Shown: positions 11,137 to 21,439 of the stretch, piece after piece | Numbering within the stretch: the first letter of the stretch is position 1 | Layout: every line of letters begins with the position of its first letter | Assembly (NCBI GenBank): GCA_048571215.1 | Contig: CP182352.1 | Coordinates: 1,440,001 to 1,504,000, forward strand | Source: Halarcobacter sp. | GTDB lineage: Bacteria; Campylobacterota; Campylobacteria; Campylobacterales; Arcobacteraceae | Direction of reading: 5' to 3' | Length of the DNA: 64,000 bases | The notes under the pieces: generated by a model | The model's database searches: none | What the model saw: only the letters and a program-made list of their open reading frames with translations | What the model was told of the DNA's origin: nothing | Translations under genes and position numbers: made by a program

Positions 11137-12114
11137 ATGAGTAATAGTATATTAAAATTAATAAAAGCTTCTGCAACTGATGATAAATCCTATAAAGCAT
11201 TAGAAAAAATTTATAAATTATATGACCAATTACAATATTCTTCAAATATAAAACAAATGGCTGAGGATATATTTCTTTGGTTAAATACTAATTTTAATAT
11301 TGATAATGTTACCTTCTCTTTATTTGATATAGAAAGAAATAATAGAGAAAATATTTTTATAGAGGGGGAAGAGTTTAACTTAGATGATAACTTATCTTTT
11401 TTCTTTATTATAAATACACATACTAATCTTAATGCAATTGTATCTTTTGCAGCAAATACAAAAGAACACTATAAGATAATAAACTCACAATATGACACAA
11501 TTGAATCAGCACTATTTCAAATATCACCTATAATACAAAATGGTATTATCAAAAAGAATTTTATTGAATCATTATCTTTAGATTCAGTTACCCAAGTGTA
11601 CAACAGACACTATTTAATAGAAAATCTAAATAAACAAATACACTTATCAAGAAAAAACTACGACTATATATATTTTTTAATGATTGGTATAGACCATTTT
11701 AAAGCAGTTATTGATGAGTTTGATCATGATATTGGGGATCAAGTTTTAGTAGAATTAGCAAAGATTATACATACAAATATTTCAGAATTTGATATGGTTG
11801 CTAGACTTAGCGGAGATGAGTTTCTAATCTCTGTTTTAAGCACAACAAATAAAAAAGATATTATAAAAATGGCTGAAAATATTATCAAAGATTTTAGTGA
11901 GGTAAAGGTTTTAGTTAATCCAGAAATAAAACAAACACTTCAAAAAACTGTATGTATTGGAATAGACCTTTATGAAATTAGTAATAGTAGTGATAATATT
12001 GATAAAACAATTAAAAATGCAGATATTGCCCTATATGAAGCAAAAAACAAAGGTAGAAGTCAGTATTTTTTTTATAACCAACTTCAACCAGAGGATACTA
12101 TAGATTTATTCTAA
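11137..12114 (+). CDS. GGDEF-domain protein (SGDEF variant)
   Basis: IDHFK, GDQVL, RLSGDEF, ADIALYEAKNKGR. Confidence 0.85.
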   Translation: MSNSILKLIKASATDDKSYKALEKIYKLYDQLQYSSNIKQMAEDIFLWLNTNFNIDNVTFSLFDIERNNRENIFIEGEEFNLDDNLSFFFIINTHTNLNAIVSFAANTKEHYKIINSQYDTIESALFQISPIIQNGIIKKNFIESLSLDSVTQVYNRHYLIENLNKQIHLSRKNYDYIYFLMIGIDHFKAVIDEFDHDIGDQVLVELAKIIHTNISEFDMVARLSGDEFLISVLSTTNKKDIIKMAENIIKDFSEVKVLVNPEIKQTLQKTVCIGIDLYEISNSSDNIDKTIKNADIALYEAKNKGRSQYFFYNQLQPEDTIDLF

Positions 12115-12117
12115 TAA

Positions 12118-13032
12118 TTATAGTATCTTTCTAGCTTTCATATAAACTCTTTTGGGAGCTGGATACCCTTCAACCGTTTTAGTTTTATCATTTGGGTCTA
12201 AAAAGTCCTCTAAACTTTGATCAAAAGACCATTTAGTTTTTCTTTGCTCCTCAGATGTAGTTGTAGTAGTTGCAATCACCTCAATATTTTCAAAACCTGC
12301 CCTACTTAGCCAATTTTTGAGTGCAGATATTGTTGGAATAAAATATATATTTGGGATCTTTGAGTATCTTTTATTTGGTGTTAAGCAAATCTCATCTTCC
12401 CCATCAATCATAAAAGTATCAATTAAGATTTCCCCTTTACTATTTAATCCCTTTGCTAGCGATTTTAAAGTACCTACAGGATCAGGTCTATGGTATAAAA
12501 CCCCCAGCATAAAAATAAAATCAAAACTATGGTTATAGTACTCTAAATGTTCAACACCCAACATCTCATAAACTATATTTGACTTTACAAAATGGTTTAT
12601 AAATTCAAATTGGTGCAAAGTCAAAGCAGATGGATCAAATCCAACAATTCTTTTTGGTTTATCCTCAAGCATTCTAAACATATAATAGCCATTGTTGCAC
12701 CCAATATCTGCAACAACCTTATCTTTTAGATTAAAATGTGGTCTTATTAGATTATATTTTATATTACTTTGCCATTCACTATCTATTTCAAGACCAAAGA
12801 TATTAAAAGGTCCTTTTCTCCAAGGTATAAGTTTTTTAGCAGTCTCCTCTATTAGATCATACTCTGTTTTAGTAAGATTCTTTTTTTCTCCTATACTAAA
12901 CCAATCCCCATAATCAATTTTTAACTTATCTTTATTTAGCTCAAATACTTTTAATAATTGTTCATACCAAGGTTGTACATTTTTCCATGACCTACAGTCA
13001 TCTTTTTTTTTCTTTAATTCTTCTAAGTTCAT
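12118..13032 (-). CDS. cmoB: tRNA U34 carboxymethyltransferase
   Basis: PWRKGPF, IDSEWQS, DIGCNNGY, GVLYHR, TVEGYPAPKR; start probably ATG 13032. Confidence 0.92.
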   Translation of the reverse strand: MNLEELKKKKDDCRSWKNVQPWYEQLLKVFELNKDKLKIDYGDWFSIGEKKNLTKTEYDLIEETAKKLIPWRKGPFNIFGLEIDSEWQSNIKYNLIRPHFNLKDKVVADIGCNNGYYMFRMLEDKPKRIVGFDPSALTLHQFEFINHFVKSNIVYEMLGVEHLEYYNHSFDFIFMLGVLYHRPDPVGTLKSLAKGLNSKGEILIDTFMIDGEDEICLTPNKRYSKIPNIYFIPTISALKNWLSRAGFENIEVIATTTTTSEEQRKTKWSFDQSLEDFLDPNDKTKTVEGYPAPKRVYMKARKIL

Positions 13033-13210
13033 AAGTGCAATTATAATCATAAATTATTAAATAGAAGTTTACAGCAAAAGAGATAATAAAGTTTTTTAGT
13101 TATAATTACGGAATTTTTATGTTTTGAATTCTTTAGGAGTATAAACTCCACGTTAAGTTTACATTTGAAATGTATAATATAGAAATATAATAGATAAAAA
13201 AGGATTTATA

Positions 13211-16018
13211 TTGAAAACTATTTGGGATTTTATATCCTCATTTAAATTAACACTAGTTTTATTTTTAATTTTAGCTATAGGAGCCGGTGTTGCAACTTTT
13301 ATTGAAAATGACTTTGGAACATCAACTGCTAGAGTTTTAGTTTATAATAACCTGTGGTATGAGGCAGCATTAGTATTAATTACAATAAATCTAATGGCAG
13401 TTATCTACAAATATAAAATGTGGAAACATAAGGCAAGGTTTTTGTTTCACCTTTCATTTGTAATAATTTTATTAGGAGCAGGTGTTACAAGATATATTGG
13501 ATATGAAGGAATTGTTCATATAAGAGAGGGTCAAACTCAAGATAAAATGATCTCACTAGAACCTTATTTACAAGTGAAAATCAAACAAAAAGATGCAACT
13601 TACTACAAAGAATACCCTTTGGAATTTGCAGCTTCAAGTTTTAGAAAAGGTATGTCAGAAGGTTCAAAAGGTGGAATTGTTCAATTATTTTCAGAAATGT
13701 TAAATAGATTTAATTATGATGTTAAATTCAATAATAAAAATTTAAATATAAAATATGATGATTACCTTGTAAGTAAAAAAGGTAAGGCAGAGATGGGAAT
13801 TTTAACTGTTGATTTAACTTTAAATGGACAAACTAAAACCGTCAGACTTCCAGGAAAAAGAGGGATGAAAGGTATTTCAAAAGTTGAAGATTTTGGAGAT
13901 ACAATTGTAACGCTAGAATATGGTTCAAAAACATTACAACTACCTTTTGCAATAAAACTAAGAGATTTTCAACTTGATAGATACCCAGGAAGTATGGCAC
14001 CATCTTCTTATGCCTCTGAGGTTACAGTTATTAAAAAAGATGGCGAGAATTTTGACTATAGGATATTTATGAATAGAACACTACACCAAGGAAACTTTTT
14101 ATTCTTTCAAAGTTCATACGACCCAGATGAACTAGGAACTGTACTTTCTGTAAATAACGACCCAGGGAAATGGCCTACTTATTTAGGATATTTTTTATTA
14201 ACTCTTGGTCTAATTTTAAACCTTTTTGATAAGAAATCTAGATTTTGGAAACTAACAAAATATGTTAGTAGTAAAAATGCAGCAGCTTTTATCATCTCAT
14301 TATTCTTTGCTTTATCTTCACATAACTTAGAAGCAAATGACAATGTTACTACACAACAGCAAGATATTAAAAAAAATATGGCAGAGTATTTAGTACGATT
14401 TAAAGAGAATTCGAAAGCAACAGCAGAACAGTTCTCAAAAATAGTAGTACAAAGTCATGGTGGTAGAATGAAACCTCTTAATACTCTAAACAGAGAAATA
14501 TTAAGTAAACTTAGTTCTAAAACTTCAATGTTTGATATGAATGCTGATCAAATCATCTTAGGAATGTTAACAAGACCTGAAATTTGGCGAAATTTTAGAA
14601 TGATTAAGATAAAAACACCTAAATTGAAAAAACTCTTAAGCATAGATCAATCAAGAAAATATATCTCGTTTACTGAAGTATTTAAAGATGGTAAATATCT
14701 ACTTCAAAAAGAGGCACAAAAAGCTTCAATGACTCAACCTAACCAAAGGGGTACTTTTGAAAAGGATATTATAAAATTAGATGAAAAACTAAATGTTGCT
14801 TATATGGTTTATAATGGAAACCTATTTAGAATGTTTCCACAAACCAATGCAAATGACAATAATAAATGGTATCCGCCACTTGAAGCTATGGAAACCTTTA
14901 AAGGGGATAATCAAAAAGCTATAGAAGCCCTAGTTAGAGGTTTTATTAACTCTGTTATAGAAGAGGATTGGAACCTAGCAAATAAATTTATAGATATGAT
15001 AAAACAATACCAAGCACAAGTTGGTAAAGATATTATGCCTCCTCAAAGTCAAATTGACAATGAGATATTTTTTAATAAAATAGATATTTTTCCTAAGCTA
15101 ACCTTAGCATATGTATTTTTTGGTCTAATTATGTTGATTGCTGCTTTTGTAGTAGTATTTAACCCAAAAATAAAACCTAGAAAAACAACTTTATTTTTCT
15201 TTGTTATCTTAGCTTTACTTTTTGCAGTTCATACTTTTGGAATGGGATATAGATGGCTTATATCAGGACATGCACCTTGGTCTAATACATACGAATCCCT
15301 TTTATATATCTCTTGGTCTGCAGTATTTGCGGGAGTAATATTTTTTAGGAAATCTTTACTTGCCTTAAGTGCTGCAATTATTGTTGCTGGTATATTTATG
15401 TTTACAGCACATTTAACAAGTATTGACCCACAAATTACAAACTTAGTACCGGTTTTAAAATCATATTGGTTAACAATACATGTTTCAATTTTAACAGCCT
15501 CATATGGTTTCTTTGGACTTGGTGCAATATTGGGATTTATGTCACTTATAATGTTTATTTTTAGAAAAAATAGACCTCACTTAGATGAGACTATTAAGCA
15601 TATAGCAGCTATTAATGAAATAGCACTTATTATTGGTCTTAGTGCTATTACAATAGGAAACTTCTTAGGTGGTGTTTGGGCAAATGAATCATGGGGTAGA
15701 TATTGGGGTTGGGACCCTAAAGAGACTTGGGCATATGTATCAATAGTTACTTATGCTTTAGTTGTGCACCTTAGATTTGTAAAAAAATTCAATACACCTT
15801 TTGTATTCTCTACTGCATCACTTTTGGCATTTGGAACAATCTTAATGACCTACTTTGGTGTTAACTTTTATCTATCAGGACTTCACTCTTATGCAACAGG
15901 TGATCCAGTACCAATTCCAGCATGGGTATATGTTGTAACAGGACTAGTTTTCGTTACTATTGCACTTGCTTATAGAAATAGAGACTTAAAAGATACAATC
16001 TGTCATTCAAAAGGGTAA
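13211..16018 (+). CDS. ccsBA: Fused cytochrome c biogenesis protein (system II, CcsBA)
   Basis: ResB-like periplasmic region plus WWD motif WANESWGRYWGWDPKETW and GLHSYA. Confidence 0.92.
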   Translation: MKTIWDFISSFKLTLVLFLILAIGAGVATFIENDFGTSTARVLVYNNLWYEAALVLITINLMAVIYKYKMWKHKARFLFHLSFVIILLGAGVTRYIGYEGIVHIREGQTQDKMISLEPYLQVKIKQKDATYYKEYPLEFAASSFRKGMSEGSKGGIVQLFSEMLNRFNYDVKFNNKNLNIKYDDYLVSKKGKAEMGILTVDLTLNGQTKTVRLPGKRGMKGISKVEDFGDTIVTLEYGSKTLQLPFAIKLRDFQLDRYPGSMAPSSYASEVTVIKKDGENFDYRIFMNRTLHQGNFLFFQSSYDPDELGTVLSVNNDPGKWPTYLGYFLLTLGLILNLFDKKSRFWKLTKYVSSKNAAAFIISLFFALSSHNLEANDNVTTQQQDIKKNMAEYLVRFKENSKATAEQFSKIVVQSHGGRMKPLNTLNREILSKLSSKTSMFDMNADQIILGMLTRPEIWRNFRMIKIKTPKLKKLLSIDQSRKYISFTEVFKDGKYLLQKEAQKASMTQPNQRGTFEKDIIKLDEKLNVAYMVYNGNLFRMFPQTNANDNNKWYPPLEAMETFKGDNQKAIEALVRGFINSVIEEDWNLANKFIDMIKQYQAQVGKDIMPPQSQIDNEIFFNKIDIFPKLTLAYVFFGLIMLIAAFVVVFNPKIKPRKTTLFFFVILALLFAVHTFGMGYRWLISGHAPWSNTYESLLYISWSAVFAGVIFFRKSLLALSAAIIVAGIFMFTAHLTSIDPQITNLVPVLKSYWLTIHVSILTASYGFFGLGAILGFMSLIMFIFRKNRPHLDETIKHIAAINEIALIIGLSAITIGNFLGGVWANESWGRYWGWDPKETWAYVSIVTYALVVHLRFVKKFNTPFVFSTASLLAFGTILMTYFGVNFYLSGLHSYATGDPVPIPAWVYVVTGLVFVTIALAYRNRDLKDTICHSKG

Positions 16019-16034
16019 TATCCCCTTTTGAATA
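16005..16034 (+). terminator. Hairpin at end of ccsBA
   Basis: ATTCAAAAGGG-taatatc-CCCTTTTGAAT inverted repeat. Confidence 0.55.
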
Positions 16035-16119
16035 TTCAAAAAAATTATTTATTCTTAACTTCTAATTAATTAATTTTAAACATTAATTCATATATAATTC
16101 CCTTAAGGATTTATTTAGT

Positions 16120-16857
16120 ATGATTAAAAATAGGTTACAAGAGATAATTGCATTTACAAAAAATTTAAAAGTATTATATATTGAAGATAATGTAGATGTA
16201 AGAGAACAAACACTTAAGATGTTAAATATCTTTTTTCATAATATTATTGTTGGCTCAAATGGCGATGAAGGATTAATTATCTTTAAAGCTAATAATAACT
16301 ATGAAAATAAAAACTTTGATTTAATTATTACAGATATTGAAATGCCTGTTATTGATGGTATCTCTATGATTAACTCTATTAGACAAATCAATAGACATAT
16401 TCCTATTTTAGTATTTTCTGCCCATAGTAATCCTGATTATATGTTACAAACAATAAATGCAGGGATAGATGGCTATCTTTTAAAACCATACAATATAGAA
16501 CAAATTTCAAACACACTAATGAATGTAATTGAAAAAAATAAATTAACTAAAATCAATGATAATAGAGTTAATCTAGATTTTGATTTTTCTTGGGATAGTG
16601 ATAACTCAATTTTATATAAAAATGGTGAAGTGGTTAAACTTACAAAAAATGAAATAATGCTATTTAAACTATTTATAAACTCTAAAGGCTTATTAAAAAC
16701 TTATGATGAAATAGAAAACTTTATTTTTGATGGAAATAGTTCTAATAATAAAAGGGTTAGAAACTTAGTTTCAAGACTAAAAACTAAACTAAACCATGAA
16801 CTTTTTGAAGCTATATACTCACATGGTTATAAACTAAGATATAAAAGATTTGATTAA
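16120..16857 (+). CDS. OmpR-type DNA-binding response regulator
   Basis: Receiver (IED, TDIEMP, LKP) plus winged-helix C-terminus. Confidence 0.88.
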   Translation: MIKNRLQEIIAFTKNLKVLYIEDNVDVREQTLKMLNIFFHNIIVGSNGDEGLIIFKANNNYENKNFDLIITDIEMPVIDGISMINSIRQINRHIPILVFSAHSNPDYMLQTINAGIDGYLLKPYNIEQISNTLMNVIEKNKLTKINDNRVNLDFDFSWDSDNSILYKNGEVVKLTKNEIMLFKLFINSKGLLKTYDEIENFIFDGNSSNNKRVRNLVSRLKTKLNHELFEAIYSHGYKLRYKRFD

Positions 16858-16863
16858 ATATTA

Positions 16864-19698
16864 ATGCACTTCTTAAAAATATTTATTCTAATTTTACTAG
16901 TAAGTAATATATATGCAAAAACTGATATTGAACTAACAGATAAAGAGATAGAGTTTTTAAAAAACAACTCCCCTATTAGACTACACAACGAACAAAATTG
17001 GCCCCCATATAACTACTTTGAAAATGGAAAACCAAAAGGTTTTTCAATCGATTATATGAATCTTTTAGCAAAAAAACTTGATATAAAAGTGAAATATATA
17101 ACTGGTCCATCTTGGGATGAGTTTATGCAAATGTTACAAAATGATCAACTAGATGCTATTATTAATATCTCTAAAAATGCTCAAAGAGCTAAAAATATCT
17201 CTTTTACATCCATATTTCATACAGCAGCAAATGCTATTTATGTAAAAAAAGGCAATGAGAGTATAGATTCATTAGATAAATTAGAGGGAAAAACAATAGT
17301 TATGCCAAAGGGTTTTTTTGCTCAAAAAGCTATAGAAAAGTATTATCCTAAGATAAAACAAATTCTAGTTAAAGATTCCCTAGAAGCACTTAAGTTTCTC
17401 TCTTTGGGGAAAGCTGATGCAACTATTGGGAAAAAAAATGTATTAGACTATGTAATTGCCTTAAACAATATCTCAGGAGTTGTTCCTACAAACTTTATTT
17501 ATGATAATAGAATGATAAGTTTAATAAGAATTGGAACATCAAAAGATAAAACTATCTTAAGAGATATTTTTGAAAAAGCCATGCAAACAGTTAGTGATGA
17601 AGAACTTCTAAGCCTAAAAAGAAAATGGTTTGGCGTAAGAAAAGTGGAAAAAAAAGAAAATAATAAGCTTTTATCAAATGAAGAAAATGAATTTATTCAA
17701 AATAAAAAAGTGATTACAGTTTGTACAAGAAAAAATTTAAAACCTATTGATTATTATGAAAATGGTAATTATCTAGGTATCTCAATAGATATTTTAGAAA
17801 AAATTGAAGAACTTACAGGAATAGAGTTTCAAACATTAAAAGTAAAATCATTATCACAACTAAAAAGTTATTTGAAACTAGGTCTTTGTGAGGTGGTATC
17901 TTCGGTGACAAATACTCAAGATATATTAGAATATGTCAAATTTACAGAACCTTATTTAGACTATAAATTAGCAATAATTACAAAAAAAGATAAACCTGTA
18001 GTTTCTAGTTTAGAATCTATTTTAGAAAAAAAAGTTGCAGTTAAACAGAACTCTCAGATTGAACACTTGCTTAAATTATCAAATAAAAACCCAAATATTA
18101 TTTATACAAAAAATGACAAGGATAGTTTTAACTTAGTTAATTTGGGACAGGTTTATTATACAATACAACCACTTCCCATTGCTTCATATTACATGTCAAA
18201 TTATGCTTTAAATGACCTTTATATCTCCAGATATACAAATATGTCATATAAAGTAAGTATGGCTGTAAATAGAAACTCTGATGAAAGATTATTAAATATT
18301 TTAAATAAATCATTAAACCACCTATCTCAAAAACAAATAAATGAGATATCAAATAAATGGACTGCCATCAATATAAGTTCAATATTTGATTATAAATATT
18401 TTTGGCAACTATTTTTTTCTATGATTCTTATCCTAATAATCTTTATATATAGACAAACTATTTTAAATAGACATAATAAAGTACTACAAAAAGCAAAAGA
18501 AGAGATAGAGAATAAAACAATAGAATTAGCAAAACAAAAAAAATTGTTTGAAAATCTATATATTAAATCAGCAGATGGGGTTCTACTAATAAAAGATAAT
18601 ATAATCATTAACTGCAATGAATCCTCACTTAAAATACTAAACAGAACAAAAGATAAAATTCTAAATTCAAAACTTTATGAACTTTCACCAGAATACCAAA
18701 CAATAAATATTTTATCAAAAAAGCAATTTGAAGAGAAAATAAAAGAAACTAAAAAGAATGGTGTTAGCTCTTTTGAATGGATAATATTAGATGGTAAAGG
18801 GAAAAAAATAGATGTAGAGATAGTTTTAACTTTAATACAAATAGATAACAACGATGTTATTCATGCAGTGATAAGAGATATAACTATTAGAAAACATTTA
18901 GAAAAAGAACTTGCTCAACTTAACTCTACATTGGAAAATAGAGTAAAAGAAGAGATCAAAAAAAATGAATTAAATACAAAACAATTAATAGAAAAATCAA
19001 GACTTGCTCAAATGGGGGAGATGCTTGCAATGATAGCCCACCAGTGGAGACAACCATTAACAGCAATTTCTGCTACAACTAATAATCTCATTATGAAAAC
19101 ATTAATACATAATAATCTTGATAAAAAAACCTTTGAAGAGGAATTAAAACTAATAGCTAACTATTCAAACCACTTATCTACTACTATAGATGATTTTAGG
19201 AATTTTTTCAAGAATAATAAAGAAAAATCAAATTTTAACCTGGAACAATTAATATTTAAATCTATCGATTTAGTAAAAAACTCATTAACTCAAAATAGTA
19301 TAGACTTAAGAACTAAATTTAATTGCTCAATTAATCTTATCTCATATCCAAATGAGATACAACAAGTTTTATTAAATCTAATAAAAAATTCCGAAGATAT
19401 TCTTATTGAAAATAATAAAGAAAAGAGAATTATAGAGATTGAAACATCAAAAAAAGATAATAAATTTGCTATTATAAGGATATATGATAATGGTGGAGGT
19501 ATAGATGAAGAGGTTATTGAAAAAATTTTTGATCCATACTTTTCAACAAAACTTTCTAAAGATGGTACAGGTTTGGGGCTTTATATGAGTAAAATAATTA
19601 TAAATGATCACTGCAAAGGTAGTTTATTTGCAAAAAATGAATACAATGGAATAAGCTTTTATATCCATTTACCACTAGATGATAAAGAGTTATTATGA
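16864..19698 (+). CDS. Sensor histidine kinase (two periplasmic binding domains, PAS, HisKA, HATPase)
   Basis: Signal peptide, two SBP_bac_3-like repeats, IAHQWRQPL H-box, DNGGGI, GTGLGLY. Confidence 0.9.
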   Translation: MHFLKIFILILLVSNIYAKTDIELTDKEIEFLKNNSPIRLHNEQNWPPYNYFENGKPKGFSIDYMNLLAKKLDIKVKYITGPSWDEFMQMLQNDQLDAIINISKNAQRAKNISFTSIFHTAANAIYVKKGNESIDSLDKLEGKTIVMPKGFFAQKAIEKYYPKIKQILVKDSLEALKFLSLGKADATIGKKNVLDYVIALNNISGVVPTNFIYDNRMISLIRIGTSKDKTILRDIFEKAMQTVSDEELLSLKRKWFGVRKVEKKENNKLLSNEENEFIQNKKVITVCTRKNLKPIDYYENGNYLGISIDILEKIEELTGIEFQTLKVKSLSQLKSYLKLGLCEVVSSVTNTQDILEYVKFTEPYLDYKLAIITKKDKPVVSSLESILEKKVAVKQNSQIEHLLKLSNKNPNIIYTKNDKDSFNLVNLGQVYYTIQPLPIASYYMSNYALNDLYISRYTNMSYKVSMAVNRNSDERLLNILNKSLNHLSQKQINEISNKWTAINISSIFDYKYFWQLFFSMILILIIFIYRQTILNRHNKVLQKAKEEIENKTIELAKQKKLFENLYIKSADGVLLIKDNIIINCNESSLKILNRTKDKILNSKLYELSPEYQTINILSKKQFEEKIKETKKNGVSSFEWIILDGKGKKIDVEIVLTLIQIDNNDVIHAVIRDITIRKHLEKELAQLNSTLENRVKEEIKKNELNTKQLIEKSRLAQMGEMLAMIAHQWRQPLTAISATTNNLIMKTLIHNNLDKKTFEEELKLIANYSNHLSTTIDDFRNFFKNNKEKSNFNLEQLIFKSIDLVKNSLTQNSIDLRTKFNCSINLISYPNEIQQVLLNLIKNSEDILIENNKEKRIIEIETSKKDNKFAIIRIYDNGGGIDEEVIEKIFDPYFSTKLSKDGTGLGLYMSKIIINDHCKGSLFAKNEYNGISFYIHLPLDDKELL

Positions 19699-20108
19699 AT
19701 AATGATTTAGCAGAACTGATTAAATACACAAAAAATTTAAAAATTTTATTTATTGAAGATAATAAAGAGGTAAGAAATCAACTTATAAAATTCCTTAACA
19801 ACTTCTTTTTAGATATAGATGTAGCTTGTGATGGCTCTGATGCCCTTGATATATATATAAATAACAACCATCAATATGATTTAATAATCACAGATATCAG
19901 CATGCCAAAACTTGATGGTATTGAGTTTAGTAAAAAAGTCAAAGACCTAAATAAAGAGCAAACTATTTTAATCATATCTGCCCATACAGAAACTGATAAA
20001 TTAAATACCTTAAGGCAATTAGGGGTTTTTGATATTATTCAAAAACCTGTAGGATATGAAAAACTAATTGAAGTCTTAGGGAGTGTTAGAAAATCTGTGT
20101 CAGTCTGA
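19695..20108 (+). CDS. Single-domain response regulator; last 9 codons supplied by IS256 left end
   Basis: Receiver motifs (IED, TDISMP, QKP); frame runs into the IS inverted repeat. Confidence 0.85.
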   Translation: MNNDLAELIKYTKNLKILFIEDNKEVRNQLIKFLNNFFLDIDVACDGSDALDIYINNNHQYDLIITDISMPKLDGIEFSKKVKDLNKEQTILIISAHTETDKLNTLRQLGVFDIIQKPVGYEKLIEVLGSVRKSVSV

Positions 20109-21408
20109 TATAATAAATATTATAAGGATTGATATAGATGGAAAAGAAAAAACAATTTGATTTTAATGAAGCTGTACAAGATTTACTTGCAGGTAAAAAT
20201 ATCAATGGTAAAGATGGAGTACTTGCTCCATTAGTAAAACAATTAGTTGAAGCTGCTTTAGAAGCAGAATTAGATTCTCATATAACTCAAGATGTATTTG
20301 CAGGAAATAAAAATAGAAAGAATGGTAAAAGCTCTAAAACAATAAAATCAACAAGTGGTTCCTTTGAATTGAATACTCCAAGAGATAGAACAGGTTCTTT
20401 TGAACCACAACTTGTAAAGAAAAACCAAACAACAATGTCTAATGAAATAGAAGAAAAGATATTATCTATGTATGGCTTAGGATTAAGCTATAGAGATATT
20501 ATAAAACATATTGAAGAGATATATCAAATACAATTATCAAGTGCAACAATAAGCACTATTACAGATAAAATTATAGATAAGGTAAAAGCTTGGCAAAGTA
20601 GACCTTTAGAAGCTATTTATCCATTTGTATGGCTTGATGCGATACATTATAAAATAAAAGATGGTGGGAAGTATGTGAGTAAAGCAGTTTACACAGTTTT
20701 AGGGATGGGAATTGATGGTAAAAAAGATATATTAGGATTATATTTATCCCAAAGTGAAGGAGCAAACTTCTGGCTTAGTGTTCTTACTGATTTAAATAAT
20801 AGAGGATTAGAAGATATACTAATTGCATCAGTAGATGGTCTTAAAGGCTTTCCTGAAGCTATTAAAACAATATATCCAAATACCGAAGTACAACTTTGTG
20901 TTGTACATCAAATTCGTAATTCATTGAAGTATGTAGCTTCTAAAGACCAAAAAGAGTTTATGAGAGATTTAAAACTTGTTTATCAAGCAACAACAAAAGA
21001 ACTTGCAGAAGATGAGCTTTTAAAACTAGATGAAAAATGGGGGAAAAGATATCCCATAGTACTTCAATCTTGGCAAAATAAATGGGAGAATTTATCTTAT
21101 TATTTTAAATATCCAAAAGAGATAAGAAAGATTATGTACACTACAAATATTATTGAATCTGTACATAGGCAATTTAGAAAATTAACCAAAACAAAAGGAG
21201 CTTTCCCTAATGAGAATTCACTTTTAAAATTGTTGTATATGGGAATATTAAATGCAAAAGTAAAATGGACTCAGCCAGTGCATAATTGGAGTTTAACAAT
21301 CTCCCAACTTGCTATATTTTTCGAAGGGAGATTGGATAATTATTTAGAGTTGTAACAAGTATGGATTTGTTACTTTAGGTGACTTGACACAGATTTTTGA
21401 ACGGTCTC
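20079..21408 (+). mobile_element. IS256-family insertion sequence with 8-bp target duplication AAGTCTTA
   Basis: Imperfect IRs GGGAGTGTTAGAAAATCTGTGTCA and (reverse complement) GAGACCGTTCAAAAATCTGTGTCA; AAGTCTTA at 20071-20078 and 21409-21416. Confidence 0.92.
20138..21355 (+). CDS. IS256-family (Mutator-type DDE) transposase
   Basis: PRDRTGSFEP, WLDAIHYK, DGLKGF, QLCVVHQIRNS, YTTNIIES. Confidence 0.95.
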   Translation: MEKKKQFDFNEAVQDLLAGKNINGKDGVLAPLVKQLVEAALEAELDSHITQDVFAGNKNRKNGKSSKTIKSTSGSFELNTPRDRTGSFEPQLVKKNQTTMSNEIEEKILSMYGLGLSYRDIIKHIEEIYQIQLSSATISTITDKIIDKVKAWQSRPLEAIYPFVWLDAIHYKIKDGGKYVSKAVYTVLGMGIDGKKDILGLYLSQSEGANFWLSVLTDLNNRGLEDILIASVDGLKGFPEAIKTIYPNTEVQLCVVHQIRNSLKYVASKDQKEFMRDLKLVYQATTKELAEDELLKLDEKWGKRYPIVLQSWQNKWENLSYYFKYPKEIRKIMYTTNIIESVHRQFRKLTKTKGAFPNENSLLKLLYMGILNAKVKWTQPVHNWSLTISQLAIFFEGRLDNYLEL

Positions 21409-21439
21409 AAGTCTTATTAAAACTAATGAATAACTAAGC

